Shown: positions 1 through 7,385 of the stretch, in pieces
How positions within the stretch are numbered: position 1 is the stretch's first letter
Layout: the number at the start of each line of letters is the position of its first letter
Assembly (NCBI GenBank): GCA_044221725.1
Contig: JBGAON010000001.1
Location: 256,001-320,000 of the forward strand
Source of the DNA: Elusimicrobiota bacterium
GTDB taxonomy: Bacteria; Elusimicrobiota; Elusimicrobia; F11
Direction of reading: 5' to 3'
Length of the DNA: 64,000 nucleotides
Position numbers and translations under genes: made by a program
Notes under the pieces: model-generated
The model's input: only the letters and a program-made list of their open reading frames with translations
The model's database searches: none
Told to the model about the DNA's origin: nothing

Positions 1-1815
1 GCCGCTTCGACAAACTACGCGAACGGAATTGCTGTTATTGATCTCGATGGCACGGCCGGAGAAGTAATTACCACAGATCCGACAAATTTCTTTGTCACGA
101 TTGACGTTGGCGATCGCTCGTTATCGGGCAAGTCCACCCGCGGCCATTCGTTTGGCCTTAAGATTAAGACGTTTGGTGATTTCACGTTTGTTCCGCCAAC
201 GGCCGGTGCGTCTACCGACATTAATTATGTTTCGTTGATCACGAATTTGACCACAATTCTCGATGAAGGGGCGATGATCGTGTCGCCCGTGTTCTTGCTG
301 CCGAAGATTTGGGCAAACCCGTATGGCGATGGCTATCCGGCGCTCGATGAGAACGGCAGTCCGGAGCCGAGACGTTACGATTCGGATGGCGTGCCAATGG
401 TTGATGTGGACGATGACGGAGCGAATGACATCATTAAAGATGCCGCGACCGCGCTCCCGGGTGTTGACTTGGACGGCGATGGGCTCATCGAAGTCGATAT
501 GACGCGCAGCGGATTCTTGTCGGTTGACTTTAACAACGACGGTATTCCCGATGACGTGTTGCCCGATCAAAACGGTGACGGAATTCCCGAAATTGACTTG
601 GGTAAAGATGGGTTCGCTGATTTTGGATACATTCCTGAAAAGTGGTCCAAAGAAACGTCGCGCCTGTTCTCGCGTTGGGCGAAGATTAAGAGCGGTGCGT
701 TGGATCGTTACGAGATCGGTCTTGGTGTGAACAATTTAACGAACTCCGTTTCAGAAGCGCAGGGCAACAACGGGTGGGTTACATCGGACAAAGAGAATTC
801 TCTCGAACTAAACAATCTCACTCTGTTATCGGCGGCTGTTGCGCGGTTGTCTCAAAGTATTCCGTTGGATAAAAATCCTCCGTTTGATCTTCTTGTCGAC
901 AACACGAGCGACCTCACGAATTTCACCGGGGAAAATGGGCAAATTCAGGTGGACAGCGAAATCATGTCCTATTCGGTGCGGGCGAATAACGTGTTTCATG
1001 TCAACAAGCGCGGTGAATCGTTTGGAACGCCGCGCGTTGAACACCTGTTGGCGGCTCGCGTGACCAACGAAGCCTATGTTGTCCGTGCGCGTGCGGTGTC
1101 CACGTCGGGCGTTGCGGGTGCAGAAACCGCTATTAAAGTTTATCGCGTCGACCTTTCGCCGCCGTCGATTCCAGGCAAGCCTGTTTCCGACCAAGAGTTG
1201 GCCGGTGGTGCGCCCGCGAAGACCGGTGTGTTCACCATTAAATGGAGCGGTTCAAGCGACAGCGAATCCGGTGTTCGTGCCTACGAAATTCAGGAGCGCG
1301 TGGACAACGACCCCGTGTGGGCCACGATTCGGATGGTTCCCTCGGCGCAGCATTCCCTTTTGGTAGGGAACAAAGACAATCCGTCGAATCTCCCGAAACC
1401 ATCGGGTCACTTCTATTCCTATCGTGTTCGTGCGTTGAATCAAGCGGGTGGCGTGAGCGATTGGTCCGCACCGTCCGCGGCGGCCAGCACCGGCTTCCCG
1501 ACGGAAGCGATCACGAAGGTCACGAACTATCCGAACCCGGTCGACATCCGGCAAGGTCCAACCAATATTTCGTACATCTTGAATGAAGATTCCTCTGTCA
1601 AAATCACTCTGTTCGACATCCTCGGTTACCAAATTCGCAGCTGGGAGTTCTCGGCCGGCGGCAACGGCGGTAAAGCGGGACCGAACGTGTTCAAATGGGA
1701 TGGAACGGATGCCGGCGGTTCCAAGGTGGCTGCCGGTGGATATATCATGCGAATCGAGGTCATTGGTACAAAAGGTTCAACCACCGTAATTCGCAAAATC
1801 GGCATTCTAAACTAA
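1..1815 (+). CDS. C-terminal part of a large secreted/surface protein: DxDxDG Ca-binding repeats, fibronectin type III-like domain, C-terminal FlgD-Ig/T9SS type A-like sorting domain (5' end outside window)
   Basis: Frame 1 is open from base 1 (AASTNYANG...), so the TTG at 235 is not the true start. Repeated DVDDDG, DLDGDG, DFNNDG and DQNGDG motifs. FN3-like segment WSGSSDSESGVRAYEI...YSYRVRALNQAGGVSDWS. Ends NYPNP...VKITLFDILG...WDGTD..G..VAAGGYIMRI...IRKIGILN. Confidence 0.8.
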   Translation, partial: AASTNYANGIAVIDLDGTAGEVITTDPTNFFVTIDVGDRSLSGKSTRGHSFGLKIKTFGDFTFVPPTAGASTDINYVSLITNLTTILDEGAMIVSPVFLLPKIWANPYGDGYPALDENGSPEPRRYDSDGVPMVDVDDDGANDIIKDAATALPGVDLDGDGLIEVDMTRSGFLSVDFNNDGIPDDVLPDQNGDGIPEIDLGKDGFADFGYIPEKWSKETSRLFSRWAKIKSGALDRYEIGLGVNNLTNSVSEAQGNNGWVTSDKENSLELNNLTLLSAAVARLSQSIPLDKNPPFDLLVDNTSDLTNFTGENGQIQVDSEIMSYSVRANNVFHVNKRGESFGTPRVEHLLAARVTNEAYVVRARAVSTSGVAGAETAIKVYRVDLSPPSIPGKPVSDQELAGGAPAKTGVFTIKWSGSSDSESGVRAYEIQERVDNDPVWATIRMVPSAQHSLLVGNKDNPSNLPKPSGHFYSYRVRALNQAGGVSDWSAPSAAASTGFPTEAITKVTNYPNPVDIRQGPTNISYILNEDSSVKITLFDILGYQIRSWEFSAGGNGGKAGPNVFKWDGTDAGGSKVAAGGYIMRIEVIGTKGSTTVIRKIGILN

Positions 1816-1834
1816 ACCTCAAGCAAGCTTTAGA

Positions 1835-3676
1835 TTGCCTGATTTCTGCCTTCAAATTGTCATCAGCAAATCTCTCCTCCGTCATGACCCGCCCCCTAGA
1901 CTCATGATGTCGAACGAAATGCATTTCGTTTGGCGCGGGTCACAAAAGGGTGAAATAGAAATGAACGAAGTAGCAGAGGGGACATCGTTGCTTTATTTTT
2001 GCAAAGCGCTTTTGGCGCTTTGTTCTTCTATTTTTTCCCGGCCCAATCTCTCCTCGAAAACCTCTGCGAAATCGTTGCTCGATAACTATCCATTGTTTGC
2101 GCATCTCACCCGTGCGTTCATGATGATTATGCTTATCGCGTCCGGTTCGCGTTTGTACGCTGGCGGGGAACCCGCCGGTTTCACGCAGTGGGGCGTCGGT
2201 GCTCGCTCGCTTGGTATGGGGCGCGCGTTTCTCGCGGTTTCAGACGATGCCAGCGCTACGTACTGGAACCCTGCCGCGATGGTTCAATTGGAGCGCAAGG
2301 AGCTTATGGCGATGCAGGCCACGCTCTTCCAGCAGACGACGCTCACTTCTCTGAGCTACGCGAGTCCCGGATCCAAAATGGGAGCCTGGGGCTTTAATAT
2401 GACACGGCTCACATCCGGCGACTTCGAAAAAATGTCGGTGACCGTCGATCCGTCGTCTCCGCCCGACAGCCCAACTTATCTTGAAGTGAAAAAGATGGGT
2501 TCTTTTACCGTTGCGCAGCAAGCGATGACGTTCGCTTATGGAAAACAAGTTACAAACAAACTGGCCATGGGGCTTTCTCTTAAACGCATCAGCACGCAGA
2601 TTGATACCTTCACGCAAGCGTTCGCAGCCGTTGACGCGTCCGTTTTCTCGAAGGTAAATGAGAATTATCGTTTTGGTCTTGCCATTCGAAACGCCGTGAC
2701 ACAAGCGCCGGCAACCTCGAGTGATCGTTTGCCTTTAACGGTTCGCGTGGGCAACGCGTACAGCCTTTTGAACAAACGCCTTATCCTCGCCGCGGATTTA
2801 AATTCGAATAAATATTCCGGAATGGGTTGGAACCTCGGTTCCGAATATTGGGCAACGCGAAAAATGGCACTCCGGCTTGGTATCGAAAGCCGCAAAAGTC
2901 AGATCTCTGAGACCACCTTTGGTTTCGGTTTTGCCGCACGGAGCTTGAATTTGGATTTGGCTGTGGGCCTCACCGAACTCGGCATGTCGCAACGGATGTC
3001 GGTGTCGTGGAAATTTGGTCAGGCCGCGGCCCAAGGACGCGGCGATGAAGCACGCCGCTTAATCAAAGCTGGAGAGTCGGCGTTTGCGAAAGGAAATTAT
3101 GCGCAGGCCGTGGCGCGTTTGGAAGCGGCGCTTTCTGTGGATCCGTCGAACAAAGATCTGCAAGCGATGGTGGCAAAGATGAACGCGATTGCCGGTGCGA
3201 TCCCCGCCGCCACTGGCGACGGCGAAATCGACCGTCTGGTGCGCCAAGGTGTGGCGGCGTACGTGCAGGGCGACATGAACACCGCGTACGACTCGTTGCG
3301 CACCGCGTTCGAGAAGAATCCGTCGAACCAAAACCTCATGAATTTCACAAATCGCGTGGCCCGCCAGGCCGGCTTGCCTCAGGTGGAACCTCCGCGCGAT
3401 ACCGTGTCAGGGGCGCGTTGGACGCTCGTTGATCAGAAGCTGCACGATGCGCTGACCGCGATCTACGAAGGCCGTTACGATGTGTCGATCACAAAATGCG
3501 AACAAGTGCTGCGCATTGATCCGAGCAACGTGACCGCGATCGGCCGCATGGGGGCCGCGTTCTTCCTCATGGGCGAAAAAGAGAAAGCGATTACATTGTG
3601 GAAACGCGCGCTCGAGCTGGAACCGAACAACCAGACCGCGATCGACTACCTGCGGCAACTGGGTGCCTATAAGTAA
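1835..3676 (+). CDS. PorV/PorQ-like (FadL-type) outer-membrane beta-barrel with C-terminal TPR domain; true start probably downstream (about 1961-2120)
   Basis: GVGARSLGMGRAFLAVSDDASATYWNPAAM hatch motif, alternating beta-strand pattern ending in MSVSWKFG, followed by TPR repeats (GNYAQAVARLEAALSVDPSN; GEKEKAITLWKRALELEPNN). Confidence 0.8.
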   Translation: MPDFCLQIVISKSLLRHDPPPRLMMSNEMHFVWRGSQKGEIEMNEVAEGTSLLYFCKALLALCSSIFSRPNLSSKTSAKSLLDNYPLFAHLTRAFMMIMLIASGSRLYAGGEPAGFTQWGVGARSLGMGRAFLAVSDDASATYWNPAAMVQLERKELMAMQATLFQQTTLTSLSYASPGSKMGAWGFNMTRLTSGDFEKMSVTVDPSSPPDSPTYLEVKKMGSFTVAQQAMTFAYGKQVTNKLAMGLSLKRISTQIDTFTQAFAAVDASVFSKVNENYRFGLAIRNAVTQAPATSSDRLPLTVRVGNAYSLLNKRLILAADLNSNKYSGMGWNLGSEYWATRKMALRLGIESRKSQISETTFGFGFAARSLNLDLAVGLTELGMSQRMSVSWKFGQAAAQGRGDEARRLIKAGESAFAKGNYAQAVARLEAALSVDPSNKDLQAMVAKMNAIAGAIPAATGDGEIDRLVRQGVAAYVQGDMNTAYDSLRTAFEKNPSNQNLMNFTNRVARQAGLPQVEPPRDTVSGARWTLVDQKLHDALTAIYEGRYDVSITKCEQVLRIDPSNVTAIGRMGAAFFLMGEKEKAITLWKRALELEPNNQTAIDYLRQLGAYK

Positions 3677-3738
3677 AAATCCCATTCAATTCAAGCATGG
3701 AAATCACTCCTCGGTGCCTTTATACTTCTTGAGGAGAA

Positions 3739-5631
3739 ATGCGGATGAATGCTGCCCGTCTGAGAAACGCGCTGTTTTTTAGCGTCCTTTTGCTTAGCCA
3801 GTTTGCTCTGGTCTGGGCAGAAACCGATGCTCCCGACCCGGTTGCTCTTGAACAGGAAAGACGACTTAAAGACGACTCCGAAAAACAAGCCCAGAAAATT
3901 TGCGACAGCATTATGGGTGCGGGTCGATCGAATGTGCTTGTGAATGTGGAATTGGGCTTGGAGAGCACACGCAAGGGCGGGTCCGCCCTTAATCAGAAGC
4001 GTGATTCAAAAAATGGCTTGAACGACGACAATTTTATTTTGCCATGGGTTCCGGCACCGAAATCTGTCACGAAAGAAGAAACTCCCAAAGACATGAGCGT
4101 TGAGAATCAAGCGGCGCAGCAGGCGACGCTCGACGTGAAAACAGTCTTAAAGCGCTTCGATATTACCGTCGTTCACGATGAGAAGGTTCCGGTCGAACGC
4201 GTCGAGATGGCCAAAGGTGCGCTCCAGTCGGCGTTTGACCGCTACGCGTCAATCCTAAAACTGGTCTTCAAGGCGACGACGTTCCAACACGACGTTGAGA
4301 ACTATGACCCGAAAGAATCCATTAAGAAAAATTTCATTCAGTCGCTCGATTTAAAGAGCTTGCTTTACCTGTTCTTGCTCATGCTGGCTTTTATGGTGTT
4401 GCGATTTTTCTTTGGACCGCTCGCCGACTTCATGAAGAACTATATCGAAGGGATGCGCGAGCAATCGAAATCAAAGGTTGAAATGGAAAATCGCAGTGAA
4501 AGTGAAAACGAAACCGATGCCGAGAGCGAAGAGGAAGGAAACGTGGACGGCGAAGGATTGACGCCGGATGAGCAAGCCGCTTTGGAAGCGCAGTTGGCGG
4601 AGGAGGAAGCTATGAAGAAGTTTGAGCCCTTCAAATATGTGACGGACGATAACATTAAGCAGCTTGCGTACTTGCTGCATCACGAGGAACCCTGGATCGT
4701 GGCGCTCGTGATTTCTTATCTGTCGGCCGAACATTCGTTTAAAGTGATGGAGGCGCTGCCGGCCGATCTCCAGGCGAAAGTGGCGCTTGAAACCGCGATG
4801 TACCGCCAAACCTCGCTTGAACAAGTGCAAACCATCGATGAAGACATCAAACAGAAGATCGATTTTGTTGTTGGTGGCCTCGAAAAGCTCGTGGTGATTC
4901 TCGAGAGCTCGGACCGAATGTCGCGCGACAATATTCTCGAATATCTAAAAAATGAAAAGCCGGGCGTGTACGAGCGCGTGCGCGAAAGAATCTTGTTGTT
5001 TGACGACATCGTGAATTTCCCGAAAGTCGCAATGCAGGTGGTTGTGCGGGAGCTTAAGACCGAACAATTGGGGAAAGCATTGCGTGGCGCGAGTCCCGAA
5101 CTTCAAGCAAAGTTCTACGAGAATATGTCGCAAGGCGCCGTGACGTTGCTCAAAGAAGAAATGGAATACGGCCGGCCGGTGACCGACGACCAAATTGAAG
5201 AAGAGCGCCGCAAAATCATCGACATGGTGAAGGTTATGGAAACCGAAGGAAAAATTTCTTTCCGGCAGAAGGGAAAGAGCGGCGCGAATGCGCTTGATCT
5301 CGGCAGCGAAATGCCTGGCATGAGCATGAGTTCGTTGCTGAACAAAAGCAAGCCGAGCGATCCGGAAGGTGCCGCGCAAGCGTACGCTGCGGGCGCCGCC
5401 GCACAGGAGCAAGGAAACATGGAAGAGGCATTGCGACAGTACGAAATGAGCGTGAATATGGATCCAACGGTGGCCGCTGTGCAAATGGCCCTGGCCGGAG
5501 CTTATTACGCTGTTGGACGATACCAAGAATCGTTGGCCGCGTACGATGCGGCGCTACAGATCGAACCGAATCCGGATTTTCAAAAGTGGGTCGATGACTT
5601 TCGTGCAACTCTGGCGACGCCGGCGGCCTAA
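3739..5631 (+). CDS. Fusion protein: signal peptide, FliF-like ring-building domain, TM helix, FliG middle and C-terminal domains, TPR
   Basis: RBS GAGGAG upstream. FliG-like segment LAYLLHHEEPWIVALVISYL...GG...ILLFDDI...ALRGASPELQAKFYENMSQGAVTLLKEEMEYGRPV. TM LLYLFLLMLAFMVLRFFF. FliF-like ICDSIMGAGRSNVLVNVEL...LKRFDITVVHD. The FliG call is strong; the FliF-like call is moderate. Confidence 0.8.
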   Translation: MRMNAARLRNALFFSVLLLSQFALVWAETDAPDPVALEQERRLKDDSEKQAQKICDSIMGAGRSNVLVNVELGLESTRKGGSALNQKRDSKNGLNDDNFILPWVPAPKSVTKEETPKDMSVENQAAQQATLDVKTVLKRFDITVVHDEKVPVERVEMAKGALQSAFDRYASILKLVFKATTFQHDVENYDPKESIKKNFIQSLDLKSLLYLFLLMLAFMVLRFFFGPLADFMKNYIEGMREQSKSKVEMENRSESENETDAESEEEGNVDGEGLTPDEQAALEAQLAEEEAMKKFEPFKYVTDDNIKQLAYLLHHEEPWIVALVISYLSAEHSFKVMEALPADLQAKVALETAMYRQTSLEQVQTIDEDIKQKIDFVVGGLEKLVVILESSDRMSRDNILEYLKNEKPGVYERVRERILLFDDIVNFPKVAMQVVVRELKTEQLGKALRGASPELQAKFYENMSQGAVTLLKEEMEYGRPVTDDQIEEERRKIIDMVKVMETEGKISFRQKGKSGANALDLGSEMPGMSMSSLLNKSKPSDPEGAAQAYAAGAAAQEQGNMEEALRQYEMSVNMDPTVAAVQMALAGAYYAVGRYQESLAAYDAALQIEPNPDFQKWVDDFRATLATPAA

Positions 5632-5633
5632 GA

Positions 5634-7385
5634 ATGAAACCATCCACGGAACTCGACAATCGTCTCACACGACTTCAAAAATGGTCCGAACGCTACGATC
5701 GCCTGCTTGAGCGCGAGGCGCGGTCGATTGAAGCGCTTTTTATACACGCGGTCGCGGACTGGGAAGCGGAAAAAAAGCAGAAGATGGAAGAATATTCTGC
5801 GCAAGAGGCGCAGATCAAGTCTCAGCTGGATCACGCAGGGAAAGAATACGCTCAGTCGAAATATCGGCTCGAGCGAGACACGACCAGCAACAAAACCGAA
5901 ATTAAAAAAAATGAAGACGAATACCGAGATCTCGAAAAGAAATACGAATTGGAGTTGACGCGTTTGGGAGACGAAAAGACCAACGCGCGGGTGTCGCTTG
6001 AACGCCAGAAAAGCGCGCTTACCGAACTTTACCAGGAAAAAATGCGCAATCTTACTGTCACGCGTGCGGGGCTTCTGCGCGAGTGGCAGACCATGGAGAT
6101 CAAAATCCGGGAGACCAAAAATCGCAACGAAGAGGAAATGAAGAAGTTATCGGAAGAGAGCGAAAAAAATATTTCTGCTCTGAGAATCAGTGCCGAAGCG
6201 AAAAAAGAGGGTTGGTCCATCGCGCTGGACACGATTAAGAAAGAGCTGGCGTCGCTCGCAACCGAGCGTGAGCATATTGAAAAGCGTCTTGTCGATATTC
6301 GAGGCGAAAAAGAGAAAGAGCTCAACGAGGCCCGCCTTGCAATGAAGTTGGCTCGGGAGCAGCTCGAGGTGGACAAAGCAACGCTTATCGAAAAAGCCGA
6401 AGAAGATCAGCGCAAATGCGAAGCTGAGGTCGCCGATCTTAGAAACAAGATCCTTGTTGGAGAACGCGAGCTGCAGGATTTTGTTACACGACATGAGTTG
6501 GTCAAGAAGGAAACGGAAGAAGGGTTTTTGAAAGAAGAAAACATGTTGCGGGAGTCGGTTAAAGCTGAAACCGAACGACGTGATTACGAACAAAAGCTTT
6601 ACGAGCAAGAGAAGACGGGCAAGGAAAAAGAACTAAACCGGCTAAAAGAGGAATACGAGAAAAAGAAATGGCAATGGGACAATCAAGTGCGCACGTTAAT
6701 GATGCAGAAGTCCGTGAACGATTCCGAGTACGAGGCAGAGAGGCTGCGCGTGGATCGCGAGGCGCGCACCGCGCTGCGGAGCCTTGAGGCAAAACGCGAT
6801 GAGTTGAAACAGCGACTTGCCGATATTAAAAACCGTCACTCGGGATTAAGTGTCAACGCGGAGAAAGAGATTCAACTGATAAATCAACGTTGGCATTGGA
6901 GACGCGATCGTTTGTGGTCGTTGTGGCAGAGTCGCTTGGACGTGCTGCGGAAAGAGCGGCTGGCGCTGCACGAACAGATCGAAGCGCTCCAGCAAACATT
7001 TGAAAAGAGCAAAGCGCAAATGAACGATTCGGAGCAGCGCGAATCAAAGCGGCTCGATGACATGCAGGGGTTCTTGTTGCAAATGGGCGAGAAGAACAAA
7101 GGGCAACGCAAACAGCACGAAATCCAATTTGAGCTTGAAAAAACGCGACTTTTCGCTCAGATTAAAGAATTGGAGACGTCCATTCTTGATTGGGCGGATC
7201 GATTGAAGCAGGTTCAGTTGGATGTCTCGAAGGAAACAACGGGTGCCGCCGCGCAGGTAAGCTATTTGGACCGTTGGTATCGCGATGAAGAACAGGAAAC
7301 GCAAGCGTTCGTGAAAGAAATTCAGGACGCGATGTCTATCGTTCAAACCGTTTTTGAACAGTTGGGATTTAAAAAGGCAGCGTAA
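5634..7385 (+). CDS. Long coiled-coil protein (583 aa), unknown function
   Basis: E/K/R/Q/L-rich heptad composition along its whole length, no TM or signal peptide, starts 2 nt after the preceding stop. Confidence 0.8.
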   Translation: MKPSTELDNRLTRLQKWSERYDRLLEREARSIEALFIHAVADWEAEKKQKMEEYSAQEAQIKSQLDHAGKEYAQSKYRLERDTTSNKTEIKKNEDEYRDLEKKYELELTRLGDEKTNARVSLERQKSALTELYQEKMRNLTVTRAGLLREWQTMEIKIRETKNRNEEEMKKLSEESEKNISALRISAEAKKEGWSIALDTIKKELASLATEREHIEKRLVDIRGEKEKELNEARLAMKLAREQLEVDKATLIEKAEEDQRKCEAEVADLRNKILVGERELQDFVTRHELVKKETEEGFLKEENMLRESVKAETERRDYEQKLYEQEKTGKEKELNRLKEEYEKKKWQWDNQVRTLMMQKSVNDSEYEAERLRVDREARTALRSLEAKRDELKQRLADIKNRHSGLSVNAEKEIQLINQRWHWRRDRLWSLWQSRLDVLRKERLALHEQIEALQQTFEKSKAQMNDSEQRESKRLDDMQGFLLQMGEKNKGQRKQHEIQFELEKTRLFAQIKELETSILDWADRLKQVQLDVSKETTGAAAQVSYLDRWYRDEEQETQAFVKEIQDAMSIVQTVFEQLGFKKAA

